A DNA stretch of 64,000 nucleotides from contig JBHGNT010000014.1 of assembly GCA_043228905.1 (NCBI GenBank), forward strand, positions 18,352,001 to 18,416,000. The letters run 5' to 3'. Of the stretch, positions 36,851 to 51,300 are shown one piece after another (positions within the stretch are counted from its first letter, which is position 1; the number at the start of each line of letters is the position of its first letter). The stretch is from Azolla caroliniana. Its lineage: Eukaryota; Plantae; Polypodiophyta. The position numbers and the translations under genes were made by a program. Below the pieces are notes generated by a model. The model did no database searches. It worked only from the letters and a program-made list of their open reading frames with translations, and was not told where the DNA came from.

Positions 36851-39800
36851 TGCGTGTGTGTGTGTTTTTGAAAAAGGAAGAAAACCACAAGGGACAGAAA
36901 TGTAATTGCATATAACTCAAAGTGCGTTGCTTTGTTTTGTTCTGCTTTGTTTTTTGCTTGGCTTCATTCAATTCATGGCTTTCACACGGAAGGAATGTTA
37001 GCACTTACATACACAATACCTTTTTGTGCACTGGCCTCCTTTCGTCTCATGTCCACACGACACCCTGATTACCATCTCTATTGGCCCCATCGTTCGAACC
37101 TCCACTCTTTCGATCTGCGTTAAGGGTTGGTCACTCAAGGTTGTAGGTCGTCGTTAATTGTCATATCCTTGTCGTTAAAATTGTGTCGTTCTTTTTCGAT
37201 CGATTTTAAGGTTGCTTGCCGAAGCTCACAAGTCATCATCGCCGAGTGGGACCCTTAAATCCTGCATTGTGGCACTTGGTCTTTAAAGGTGTGGTGCATT
37301 CTTTCAATCGATTGTAAGGTTGCTCGGCGAGAAGGTTGTGGTCAAGCCATATCCTTACATTTTACATTGTATCACCTTGTCGTAAAAGTAACACAGATGA
37401 TGAGATTTCGGCCTATGTCATAAGGGGTTAGTTTTACATGTGTAATGGTTCTCTAACATGGTGTTCGTTATTCTTCCTCCCATCATTGATCAACCAATTT
37501 TTATTATGAATTATTGTGAAGAGGTGTGTTTGACCAATGCCTACATGTAAGTTATGTGTAAGATCTTTATCCGCTTATCCGGTGGATGATGTTATAAACA
37601 TGAGAGAGCTAGAAGTTGGCGATAGAAGCTTGAGTGTTGAACCAATCGAAGATACTCTCACTGCTCACAAATGACCATTATATTGAGGGTTTGAGTTTCA
37701 CCATGGTTAGGTAGCCCATTTTCCTCAATACACCAATAAATGTAATGTGTGTTTATCATGGCTATGATTTTTTTGTCTTTTGAATTGTTTATTCACCTCA
37801 TTATCTCTCTCAAATATTTCTTTGTGCTACTCATGTTTATCGGATTGAATTACTCTACCATCATTGGTGATGTGCCGCTAGTTTAATGTAATGACCTTCA
37901 TCGTAAAACATTACAAGTTAATGACCCATAGTTACACTATGCTCATAACCACACAAGAAGGTAAATAGGTCTAAGATTGGCCTATCAATTCGTGGATGAA
38001 CTAGATAATATGGTTTGTTGGCCCTAATCTTTATGTGTATAACCATAACACTCGATCTTGATTGTTATGTGTGTAACCATGACATTTTTCTTGAGTTTGA
38101 ACTTTGAAATTGTAAACTTGTCTAGTTTTTAATTCAAATATATGTGCCACCTTTACCTCAAATGTAACATGTTAACTTATCCCCTTATTTAGGGAGAGAC
38201 CATAGACATATTATCCTTTCAAACTCAAACTTTGACCTAAATAAACCACCACGGTTCACAATCCTATCAACCAACTAGATGACTTCTACGATCATTTCAA
38301 GATATATCTCCCAATTCTCCTGGTCCTCCTCATGTTGAGTCTCCTTTTTCCATAACATTGTTGCTTGGCATAAAAGTGAGGTAAATATCGGCCTACTCCA
38401 AAAACCACCACACAACATTGTCTAAAAGATAGTCAGTTGACTTAACACCCAATTCTCCTATTACAAATACTAGTTTGAAAAGCAATTATACATCGTATAT
38501 TTCAAGATGAAAAGGGGTTGTTTCGTTAAAATAGTTGTAAGTTTTTGTATAGGGGATTGAACATTATCATTTTGGTAATTTTCGATGTCTTTGTTGTACT
38601 ATCTTGTTTATAAAATAGAAATATGTTGTCCTATTATAATACTGCTCCATTAAATAGAAATTGATCATGAACTCATTTACATATACTCTATTTTTCTTTC
38701 TTTCAACTTTTGAAGGTTAACTCATCATACCTACAAAGTAAACATCGATGATTACGGCTACCTTCTAATGTATATGTGAATCCATTATATAAATAGATTC
38801 ATGTATAAGAGCCATTGGATTACCTTGTGCTAAAATGTTTCATATACTAACCATGTCCCTATCTCACAAGATTCATGCAACTTTACATTTATTGTTGAAT
38901 TAATACATGTATTTGTTATATATCGGTGCAATGTATGTTTTGGTTAGTGATGTGTTTGTTTATGTTTGTGTAAACATGTGCAGATATTTAAATTTGCATG
39001 TGTATATTTACGCAGGCTTGACATAATTGACAAAATTGAGATGTGCCTTGTATGACGATCATGGCATGGAGAGCATTGGATGTTTACTTGCGACCAAACA
39101 TTAGAGAGAATACACCATTGTTAGACGGCTAAGAAGTTATATAGGGTTGGGTCAAATGTCTTGTGATGAATCTATTTGTAAGTTTTTCGTTAGACAACCT
39201 ATCATTGTGGTTGCACCAAGTTCCAACTATGCAAATTCTTAGTACATATAGATAGTAGTGCACGATCTTCTAAAGGTTATACCCTCTAAAGTTGAGTTGA
39301 GGACTCATGCTTTACACTGCTAGTCACAATGCCAACAACTTTAGATATTGAAGCCAAAGTTAGTAGTATCAACAAGATAGTTGGTGGAGATGGGGTAGTT
39401 ACTAGTAGCCCAAAGATGTCATAATCAAAGTGAGCTCACGAAAGCACTTAATGCAAACAAATTAACCAAGCAAGACTTATACTCAAGAACTAACAAGCAT
39501 GCATTCAACAACAAACCAAGCTCAGACAAGAGATTGTTGATGCAAGTCTCATAATAGAGCACTTAGAACTAATCCTCTAGGGGAGAGAGATAGAGAGATC
39601 TAAAACTAAGAAACGTGCAAGTCTAGAGAACGAATGAACGAGGATACAACCTCCTAAGACGAACTAAATGAGTAGCTTTTACACCTCTTTACAGACTTGG
39701 TTGTAATCGTCTTCAGCCCTTTCACACATACGTGAGACCCTCTTTCTTGCAGTATTCTACCGAGTTTCTTTTAGTGTCCATATTGAACGATTACGGCTCA

Positions 39801-41339
39801 ACTTTAAGTGTAGGCTATGGTCGAGACAATTCCCCAAGCATTACTTGATAACATAAGACTAGGCCCCAATTGAAGAAGCAAAGCTTAATGAAATTAGTCC
39901 ATAAACTGAATCAATGGTCATGGTTTTGTTCATTAAACTTAATTAAGAAACTCGTCGTCACAAAGATTAAGGAACCCTAAACGCACAGATGTTAAACACG
40001 AATTCATGGTCTGCGTGCCCTCGACTTGGCTGTTGATCGATACAGAGCAGTCGCGAAATTTCGCTCAATCTCTATGGCTATATATGTAGGCGAGGGATGC
40101 AGCACAGGTGCATTGGTTCACATGTTAAGATTAAGAAAAGATCGGTACCCTATTCTTGGTGTTTAGGGTTTCATTCCTGAAGATTGCTCTCTAGACGAAA
40201 AAAACTCAGAATTTGATACACAATCCAGGTATTTTCAATTTTACAACAAAATATTTCCGAGAAAAAATATGTACATGTCTATGAATTTAATATGATACAC
40301 ACAACATAATGCAGCTGCACCTTATTTTATGCAGTTGATGAACACTTGTTTTCATATAACAAATATAATGGCCATTGTTAGTGTTCAGCCATGATCTGAT
40401 TTTCATGAGTCTGTCCGATGAGGTGATCCTTGGCAGATCGATTCTTTATATTCAAGCTACAACAGTGTAGCTGTGCCATTCTCTGCTGAATTTTTTCTTT
40501 ATATGCATCACTTGTTGGTGACTCACATTCTGAGAGCAATAATGCATCTCTAATCCCCTTTGCAAGTGCTATATTGTGTACTATTGTATCCCCATAAACT
40601 GGTACACACATATCATGGTATGGCTGGTTCGTGGCTATTTGTGTGTTCTATGCACTACAGCTTCCGTTAACTTGTTTATGGTAGAATATAACGAGGATTT
40701 TATTTGGTTTCTGTCATGGTTGCAGAATTGCGGAAGGAATTGGCTGTTTTCAGTAATATTTATAATTGAAATTTCTCAGCAGATCGTGTCTTGTTAACCT
40801 TCTGACATTTGAGGAAATCAATTGCGAAAGTGCCACAAATTAATCTCTCATCATATTTTTTGCCTTGAACTATATGGAACTTTCTGGAAGCAGGCACTGT
40901 CTTGTAATTTATTTACTGATGAGGCAATTGTTATTCAATTCTGTGCAAAATCAGTAATGTTTAGCACTCTTCAGTATTTGGTATACATTACTCAACATTG
41001 CTCAACTAGTACTTACATTATGGTTTTTGGTTGGAGTCATGAGTAGTGCTTAGATTACAGATTTTCCGAATGAAAAAAGGCCTTATTAATGGTAGTTTGT
41101 GATGCCATTCTGCAGCTGAAAATTTCTGGCATGTTGGCACCTATTATCACATGATCAATACCCAAAAACCAAGATGAATATGGAATTGAAATTTACCTGG
41201 AAAGTTAATTGAGAATTGTTGGAAGTAAGAGAAGCCATATTGTATATCTTTGTAAATGAGTTAGCTGTTTGTTCAATTCTGTGTAAAAAGACAAGACACT
41301 ACTAAAATTTGAGTCTGCAATATCATAAATTGAACTGAT

Positions 41340-42387
41340 TTAAAAATGTAAGAACATCTTGCAACGCCACCTTCTATATTTTTGCCAAATTCTTGATAAT
41401 TTTGTCTGGATTTTTTTCTTTTTTTTCTTTAGAAGACAATTCAGTCTTGTTTTTATCTGCATCACTTGTTGCTCTTAGATCATGCCCACAAAATGCAGGC
41501 CACAGTCTCAACGTACCACATTCTGTTCTTTATCAGAACGAGACTTTTGGATTCCTATTAGGAACCAAAGCTTTTTCACATCTTGTGCATTTTTTTCTTG
41601 AACTCGCAGAGGTAGTCTGCAAGGTGGGTGTACTGTTCTTGCGTGAGTAAACCTGATGGGGTTTGTTCCTGTTCCTCTTTTAGAAATGTCAGCATATGGG
41701 GTTGTTTAGTGTCATCTACTTGTTCTTCTACTTAAATGTTATAGGTAATATTCCAGATTTGATCACATAAACTCCTGGCCCTTGTGCTTTTACTCTATCC
41801 TTCTCTCCTGTTGGGTCTGACATCCCTTATAGTGGTATTTTCAAATTCGTCCTCTTTTTCTGTAGGAACATAAACTATATCTTCAGGCACATGATCTTGA
41901 GGTTCCACCGCATCCATGCACCCAGTGATGTTGTTTTCTTGTTGCCTTTGGATATTTCCAGAAGTTTGGTTTATTATTATAATCTCATCGTTATCAATAG
42001 ATCTGGATTCCTGGTTAACTGGAATATCCACATTTGGTCGCATCACTCTCAATATGTGCCAATTTTGAATCTTCAGAATCATTGCTCCCTAGATTTATTT
42101 TTTCTGTTGCATGCTGAAATAACTTGATCCTTCATCATGAACTGTGCTAGAAGGTGTTGTGTGTTGCAATACTGCATTGTCCTCCATCACAGCTACATAT
42201 CCTCCCGCCACATTCATTCCTTCTTGCTGTCCCTCATGTTTGTCTTTGCTGATGGCATTTAGAGGAGTGGCAATGATCTCTTCATATTTTGTCACATTAC
42301 TCTCAGTATGCTGCAACCTAGAATCCTCAGAGTCAGTGCTTTCTATGCTCCTTTTGTCCTGTTGCATGTTGAAATAATTTAATTCTC
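41340..42387 (-). pseudogene. Frameshifted/decayed continuation of the giant acidic ORF
   Basis: Short ORFs in shifting frames keep the same composition and motifs: NYFNMQQDKRSIESTDSEDS / SYFSMQQK..GSNDSEDS, and NVDIPVNQES similar to INVPANQET. Confidence 0.6.
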
Positions 42388-45300
42388 TTATCGTGTTGTG
42401 TGCTCTATTTGCTCTGGCAATGCAGCATTGACCTCCATCACAGTTAAATTTCCTTCCTCTTGGATGCCTCTTTTTTGTTGGTCTTCAATCCTCATATTGT
42501 CTTTTTCTAGGGGTAGATCTAGTTGCTCAATCAGTATGGGGATTTCATCTTCTTCAATAGCTGTGTCAAATGATTGTTTGTTGTTATCTCGGTAATCCTC
42601 TATGACTTCTTGTTCTACTCTGTGTTTGAGAATCTGTAGATTGTGTTCTTCCAGTTGGCGATCTGTGTTTGGAGCTGGAACTTCATCAACCTGAGCGAGT
42701 ATGTCATGCAATTCTTCACTGGCCACCGAGGCTTCAACATTTTCCAAGACAGATTCAGAGGCAGATGTGTCTAATGTAGGTTTGGATGTGTTAATAGCAT
42801 TTTCTTCTGTGTCAGCCTTTATGTCTACATGTTTTTGAGTATCCTCTCTCATTGGACTATATTCAGTACATGTCTCAGGGATTCTTGGCAATGGATATGT
42901 GACTTCTGTAGACTTGACTGTCTGAACTTCGAGTTCTTCCACTTCATTGATTGTCTTTTCCCATGTTTTATCTTCCACATCAATTCTTGTGTTGCCCTGT
43001 TGGTGTTCCTGAATGACTTCTTGCTCTATTCTCTGTTTCAGAGTCTCTAGGTTGTGTTCTTCCAGTCGCTGATCTTGATGGTCAAATTGAGCTGGAACTT
43101 CCTCCACTTGAGAGAGCGTGTCGTGCAATTCCTCACTTGTCATTGAGGTTTCAATAGTTTCCATGACAGATTCAGGGGCAGATGTGTCTAATGTAGGTTT
43201 GAACGTGTTAATGGCATTTTCTTCTGCGCCAGCACTTATTTCTACACATTTTTGAGTATCCTCTCCCATTGGACTACTTTCGGTACACATTGGAGGAATT
43301 ATTGGTGACGCAGATGTGACTTCTGTAGACGTGGCTGTCTGAACTTCGACTTCTTCCACTTCATTGATTGTTTCTGCCCATGATTTGTCTTCCATATCAA
43401 TTCCTGTATTGTCCTGTTGGCGTCCCTGAATGAGTTCTTGTTCTACTCTCCGTTTCAGTGTCTGTAGATTGTGTTCTTCCAGTTGGCGATCTAGATGGTC
43501 AAGTATAGGTGGAAGTTCATTCTCTCTCGAGAGTGTGTCATGCATTTCCTCACTGGTCATGGAGGCTTCAACAGTTTCCATGACAGATTCAGAGGCATAT
43601 ATCTCTAATGTGGGTTTGAACGTGTTACTAACATTTTCTTCTGCGCCAGCCTTTATTTCTACAAATTTTTGGGAAACCTCTCCGATTGTTCTATTTTCGG
43701 TATGTGTTTCAGGGATTATTGGTGATGCGGATGTTACTTCTGTAGACTTGGCTGTCTGAACTTCGACTTCTTCCACTTCATTGTTTGTTTCTGTCCATGT
43801 TTTTGCTTCCACATCTTTTTGTGTGTTGTTATCTAGGTGTTCCTGAATGACTTTTTGTTCTCCTCTCTGTTTGAGAATCTCTAGGTTGTATTCCTCCCAT
43901 TGGTAATGTAGACAGTCAAATGGAGGTGGAACTTCATGCACTTGAGAGTGTGTGCTATCTGATTCTTCACTGGTCTTTGAGACTTCAACATTTTCCAAGA
44001 TAGATTCAGAGTCAAATGAGTTCAATGTAGGTTTGAATGTATTAACACTACTTTCTTCCGCGTCAGCCTTTATTTCTACACATTTTTGTGAAACCTCTTT
44101 GAGTGGACTATTTTGAGTACTTGTTTCTGGACCTGTTGTCAATGCAGATGTGCCTTCTGTAGATTTGACTGTCTGAACTTCGACTTCTTTCACTACTTTG
44201 ATTGTTGCTGCCCATGGTTTGTTTTCCACATCAATTCCTGTGTTGTCCTGTTGGTGTTCCTGAATGACTTCTTGTTCTACTCTCCGTTTCAGTGTCTGTA
44301 GGTTGTGTTCTTCCAGTTGGTGATCTAGATGGTCAAGTGGAGCTGGAACTTCATTTGCTTGAGGGTGAGTGTTCTCTGATTCTTCACTGGTCATTGAGTC
44401 CTCAACATTTTCTAAGATAGATTCACAGGCAGATGTGTCTAATGTAGATTTGAATGGATTAATGACATTCTCCTCTTGTTGTTCTCCAATGTTGGTAGAT
44501 TTTGTTGTGTTGTCCAATTGCTCAGCCTGATCTTCAGCGATCTCCAAAACTTTGGCATCTCTATGTCTATCAAGTGCAGGAATTATTTCAACATGATCCT
44601 GAATTTGTTCTCCCGCTTGCAGGTCTCGTTTGAATTCTTCTTCAATCCCTGTGACTTTTGGTGCCAAAATGTCTTCATTTTTATGGGCTTCTTTTCCATC
44701 ATCATTGCTAACTTCAGGGATTGTCACCTCAACGAATGTTATACCTGAGTTTATCTCTGGTTTTCTTTCCTGATGCATAACATCTCGGATTTCATTTATC
44801 TTTTCCAGGCATTCCTCAGAAATGGTGTTTTCTGGAGGTTTATTCTCAAGCTCTTCATTTATTTCATGTTCTGTGTGGAGATAAATTGATTCTTCTTTTT
44901 TGCCAACCCTCGTAAATTCTGTTGTGTTTCCCCATTGCTCAGGTTGAACTTCAGTAATCTCTTGGGCAACCGTATGCTGATTGATTGCTTTAATTATTTC
45001 CACATGCACCTGGACTTGCTCTCTGTCTTGCAAATCACCTTTTAGGACTTCAATCCTTGTGACTTTTGATGCCAGGATCTCTTCACTGGTGTGGGTTTTC
45101 TCTTCTTCATCATTCCTAATAGCTATTTCAGGGACTGTCACCTCATTGACTGTTCTGCCTGAGACTATCTGTGGTTTTGTTTCCTGAGGTGTAACTTCTT
45201 GCATTTCACCTCTCTGTTCCAGACACTCCTCAGAACCAGTGCTACCTGGTGGTTCGTTTTCAAGTTCTTGATTAATTTCCCGTTCCATGCAGGGATAAGT

Positions 45301-48300
45301 TGATTCTTGGTCATCCGTAACCCTGGTAGATTTTGTTGTGTTTTCCAACGGCTCAGGTTGATCTTCACTGATCTCCAGATTTAGGGCATCGAGATGCTGA
45401 TTGATTGCAGGAAATGTTTTTGCATGCTCCTGGACTTGTTCTTCGTCTGGCAGGATCTCTTCAATGGTATGGGCTTCTTTTTCCTCCTGATTCCTAATTG
45501 CTACTTCAGGGACTGTCACCTCATTGAATGCGCTACCTGAGTCTATCTCTGCTTTCATTTCCTTAGTTATAACTTCTTGGATTTCGTTTCTCAATTCTAG
45601 GAACTCAGCACTTGCCACTATATGGGCTGGAGAGAATTCTTGAGTTTCTACTGTATCTATACCCCTAAAGACTTTCTGTTCATCATCTTTGATATCTTCG
45701 GATTTTTGTTCTGTAGCGGGATGCCTCACACCCTTGAACTCATCCTGACCAATTTCCTCAAAATCTGTCTGTTCCTCTTTTTGAGCATCTTCCAAGGTCT
45801 CTTGGTCTTCAGCAAATTCCTCATTTACACCTACAGGAGTAACTACATCTGCAGGAGCATCCACTATATACACATGAGGAGGTTCATTCTGTTCTTCCTG
45901 TTGGATATCTTCCGATATTTGTTGCTCTTTAGAAGGATGTCCAATTGCCTTGAACTGGCCCTTCTCATTTGGGGTAAAGTCTTTTTGCTCTTCTTCAGTA
46001 CTTATATCTTGTGAGCTATACTGCTCCTCAGCACTATGCTTTAGTACATCAAGCTCATCTTGATCACTATGTATGGTTTCTTGGTTTGCTGGAACATTTA
46101 TCGTCTGAAGACTTTTAGCTTTATGTTCCCTGTCTGACACTTCTTGGTGCCCAATCAGATTGACAATCTGTGGGTTCTCATCTATGAGTTCTGGATTGGC
46201 GGTGTTGCCTGCTACGTTGAACTCATTGTGTTCACTTACCTTAAAGTCTTGCTGCTCTTCTTTTTGGACATCTTCTGAGGTCTTTTGGTCTTCAGCAGAT
46301 TGTTCTTCTATACCAACAGGAGTAATATCTATAGGAGCATCCACTGTATGCGTATGAGTATGTTCGCTCTGTTCTTCCTGATGGATATTTTCTGATGTAT
46401 GGTTCTCTTCAGAAGGATGCCCTATTGCCTGGAACTCATCCCAGACTCTTGCGGCAAAGTTATTCTGCACTTTTTCACTTATTATATCTCCTGAGGTGTG
46501 TTGCTCTTCAGCGCTTTCGTTTGCTACATTGAGCTCATCTTGATCGCTAGTCATGGTTTCTTTGTTTGCTGGAACATTTATCTCCTGAAGACTTTTAGCT
46601 GTATGTTCCTCCTGTGAGACTTCTTCCTGCTGGCTATCTTCTGATGTGTGTTGCTCTTCTGAACGATGTCCTGTTGTCGTGAACTCATCACAGTCACTCA
46701 CGGCGAAGTCTTTCTGCCCCTCTTCATTTGATATCTCTTGTGACCTGTGTTGCTCTTCAGCACTGTGCTTTAGTACATCAAACTCATCTTGATCACTATC
46801 CATGCTTTTTAGGTTTGCTAGAATATTTATCTCCTGAATAGTTTTAGTTGTATGTTCGTCCTGTGTGATTTCTTGGTGCCCAATCGGATTGACAATCAGT
46901 TGGTTGTCTTCTTTGAGTTCATGATGTACTTCCTCTCTGCCGTCCAATGTTTGTTGGTCTTTAGCAGCATGCCCCACTCCCTTGAACTCATCGCGGTGAC
47001 TTCCCTGATAGTCTTCCTCCACGTCCTCTTTTTGGACATCTTCTGAGGTCTCTTGGTCTTCAGCAAATTGTTCTTTAATACCTACTGGAGTAACTGTATC
47101 TGCAGGAGCATCAACTATATGTGCATAAGGAAGTTCATTCTGTTCTTCCTGTTGGATATCTTCTGATGTGTGTTGCTCTTCAGCAGCATGTCCAGTTGTC
47201 GTGAACTCATCACAGTCAGTTATGGCCAGGTCTGTCTGCTCTTCTGATGTTTGATCCTCTTCAGTAGTGTGCTTTAGTACATGAAACTCAACTTGATCAC
47301 TATAGATGGTTTCCTGGTTCCCTGGAACATTTATCTCCTGAATACTTTTAGCTGGATGTTCCTCCTGTAGGATTTCTTGGTGCCCTATCAGATTGACAAT
47401 CAGTGGGTCGTCTTCTTTGAGTTCACGATGTATTTCGTCTTTGATATCTTCTGATTTTTGTAGCTCTGTAGCGGGATGCCTCACACCCTTGAACTCATCT
47501 TGACCAATTTCCTCAAAATCTGTCTGTTCCTCTTTTTGAGCATCTTCCAAGTTCTCTTGGTCTTCAGCAAAGTCCTCATTTACACCTACAGGAGTAATTA
47601 CATCTGCAGGAGCATCCACTATATACACATGAGGAGGTTCATTCTGTTCTTCCTGTTGGATATCTTCCGATATTTGTTGCTCTTTAGAAGGATGTCCAAT
47701 TGCCTTGAACTGACCCTTCTCATTTGGGGTAAAGTCTTTTTGCTCTTCTTCAGTACTTATATATTGTGAGCTATACTGCTCCTCAGCACTATGCTTTGGT
47801 ACATAGAGCTTATCTTGATCACTATGTATGGTTTCTTGGTTTACTGGAACATTTATCTGCTGAAGACTTCTATCTGTATGTTCCTCGTCTGACGCTTCTT
47901 GGTGCCGAATCAGATTGAAAATCTGTGGGTTCTCATCTTTGAGTTTTTGATCCACTTCGTCTCGGATATCTTCCAATCTTTGTTGCTCTATAGAGGGAAG
48001 CTCAATTACCTTGAACTCATCGTGGTAAATTCCCTGAAGGTCTTCCTGCTCTTCTATTTGAAAATGTTCAGAGGTCTCTTGGTCTCCAGCAAATGGTTCT
48101 TCTTTACCTACATGAGTAACTGCATGTGCAGGAAGTTCATTATGTTCTTCCTGCTGGCTATCTACTGATGTGTGTTGCTCTTCAAAACGATGCCCTGTTG
48201 TCGTGATCTCATCGCAGTCACTTGCAGCGAAGTGTTTCTGTTCAGCACTGTGATTTAGTACATCTAACTCATCTTGATCACTACCTATGCTTTTTTCATT

Positions 48301-51300
48301 CGCTAGAACATTTATATCCTGAATACTTTTAGCTGTATGTTCCCCCTGTGTGATTTCTTGGTGCCCTATCGGATTGACATTCAGTTGGTTGTCTTCTTTG
48401 AGTTCATGATGTACTTCTACTCTGATATCTTCCGATGTTTGTTGGTCTATAGCAGAATGCTCCACTCCATTGAACTCATCGTGGTCATTTCCCTGAAAGT
48501 CTTCCTTTACTTCCTGTATTTGGAAATCTTCTGAGGTCTCTTGGTCTTTGGCAAATTCTTCTTTCATACATACTGGAGTAACTGTTTCTGCAGGAGCAGC
48601 CAAGATATGTGCATAAGGAAGTTCATTCCGTTCTTCCTGTGGGATATCTTGTGATGTGTGTTGCTCTTCAGAAGAATGCCCTGTTTTTAAGAACTCATCA
48701 CAGTCAGTTGTAAAAAGGTCTTTCTGCTCTTCTTCTCCTGTTATATCTTGTGATGTGTGTTGCTTTGTGTGCTTTAGTACATCAAACTCTTTTTTATCAT
48801 GATCGATAGTTTCCTCGTTCCCTAGAACATTGATCTCCGGCTGAGTTTTAATTGTATGTTCCTGCTGTGAGATTTCTTGGTGACCTATGGAACTCACAAT
48901 GAGCAGGTTGTGGTCGATGAGTTCAGGCTGTATTTGGTCTATGAGATCGTCCGATTTTTGTTGGTCTTCAATTACATGCTCGGCTGCTTTGAACTCATCG
49001 TGCTCACTTCCCTGAAAGTCTTCCTGCTCTTCCCCTTTTTGAACATCTTCGGATGTGTCTTGGTCTTGAGGAAATGGTGTTTGTATACTTGCAGCAGTGA
49101 GTCCATCTGCGGGAGCTTCTGGTATATGTTCTGTAGGATGCGCGGCTGTGATGAACACATCGCAGTCACCTGGGGTAACATCTTTGTGATGTTCTTCTCC
49201 TGTTGTATCTTCTGACGCATGTTGCTGTTCAGCCGTGTGGCTTAGCCCATCGAAATCATCTTGATCACGATCCAGGGATTCCTGGTTCGCTGCAAGGTTG
49301 ATCTCCTCAACACTTTTAGCTGTATGTTCTTCCGGTGTAATTTCCTGGCGCCCCATCGTATCGACATTGGGTGGCGTTTCTATTATGAATTCTGTATTTT
49401 CTTCCTCGATGCTATATTCTGATGTTTGTCGCTCTTTAAGGGGATATCCCTTGTTCTCGTTCAGATCACTGGCCTCAAAATCTTTCTGTTCTTCTTTTTG
49501 TAAATATGTTGAGGCCTCTTGTTGTTCAGCCAATGGTTCTTCTTTACGAAGAGGAAGAACTACATCCTCAGGGGCATCCAGTATATGTGCAGGAAGAAGT
49601 TCATTTTGTTCTGGGTGTTGGATATCTTCTGATGGGTGGCGATCTTCGGAAGGACGCGCTGTTATCGTGAGCTCATCGAAGTCACGTGCGGCAAAGTCTT
49701 TTTGCTCCTCATGTGTTGTTATCAGTGGAGAGGTGTGCTGCTCTTCCGCCATTCGGTTTAGTACATTGAGCTCATCTTCGTCCCTATATAGCGTGGCTTG
49801 GTTTGCTGGAACGCCCTCTTTGATTTCTTGGCTGGCTATGAGATCGGCATGTAGTAGGTTGTCTTCTTTGAGTTCATCATGTACTTCCTCTGTGGAATCG
49901 TCCGATGTCTGTTGCTCTTGAGGAGGACGGACTATTGCCTCTAACTCATCCCTGTCACTAGCCGCAGAGTCTTTTTGTTCTTCCTCACATTGGGCATCTC
50001 CCGAGGTCTCCTGTTCTTCAGGAAACTGGTCTTTTATGCCCAGAAGAGTAACCCCATCTGAAGGGGCATCCACTGTATCAGCATGTGGAAGTTCCTCGTA
50101 GGCATCTCCTGATGTGCGGTGCTCCTCTGAAAGATGCTCCGTTTTCTTAATGTCTCCGCAGTCCGTTTCGACAAAATCTCTCGGCTGTTCTTCTCTTTGT
50201 AGATATTCTGAGCTCTGTTGTTGCGCTTCAGCACTCTGGTCTGGTACAGAGAGCTCATCTTGATGACCATAGGTGCCTTCTTGGTTTTCTGGAACATTGA
50301 TCTCCGGCTGAGTTTTAATTGTATGTTCCTGCTGTGAGATTTCTTGGTGACCTATGGAACTCACAATGAGCAGGTTGTGGTCGATGAGTTCAGGCTGTAT
50401 TTGGTCTATGAGATCGTCCGATTTTTGTTGGTCTTCAATTACATGCTCGGCTGCTTTGAACTCATCGTGCTCACTTCCCTGAAAGTCTTCCTGCTCTTCC
50501 CCTTTTTGAACATCTTCGGATGTGTCTTGGTCTTGAGGAAATGGTGTTTGTATACTTGCAGCAGTGAGTCCATCTGCGGGAGCTTCTGGTATATGTTCTG
50601 TAGGATGCGCGGCTGTGATGAACACATCGCAGTCACCTGGGGTAACATCTTTGTGATGTTCTTCTCCTGTTGTATCTTCTGACGCATGTTGCTGTTCAGC
50701 CGTGTGGCTTAGCCCATCGAAATCATCTTGATCACGATCCAGGGATTCCTGGTTCGCTGCAAGGTTGATCTCCTCAACACTTTTAGCTGTATGTTCTTCC
50801 GGTGTAATTTCCTGGCGCCCCATCGTATCGACATTGGGTGGCGTTTCTATTATGAATTCTGTATTTTCTTCCTCGATGCTATATTCTGATGTTTGTCGCT
50901 CTTTAAGGGGATATCCCTTGTTCTCGTTCAGATCACTGGCCTCAAAATCTTTCTGTTCTTCTTTTTGTAAATATGTTGAGGCCTCTTGTTGTTCAGCCAA
51001 TGGTTCTTCTTTACGAAGAGGAAGAACTACATCCTCAGGGGCATCCAGTATATGTGCAGGAAGAAGTTCATTTTGTTCTGGGTGTTGGATATCTTCTGAT
51101 GGGTGGCGATCTTCGGAAGGACGCGCTGTTATCGTGAGCTCATCGAAGTCACGTGCGGCAAAGTCTTTTTGCTCCTCATGTGTTGTTATCAGTGGAGAGG
51201 TGTGCTGCTCTTCCGCCATTCGGTTTAGTACATTGAGCTCATCTTCGTCCCTATATAGCGTGGCTTGGTTTGCTGGAACGCCCTCTTTGATTTCTTGGCT

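Noticed and set aside
35508-36888. Alternative overlapping ORFs in the GC island
   Set aside because: Stop-poor by-products of GC-rich triplet repeats. Only the ORF starting at 36659 has a good start context.
37100-40200. LTR-like/repeat-like intergenic sequence
   Set aside because: No paired LTR, TSD or coding remnant could be identified.
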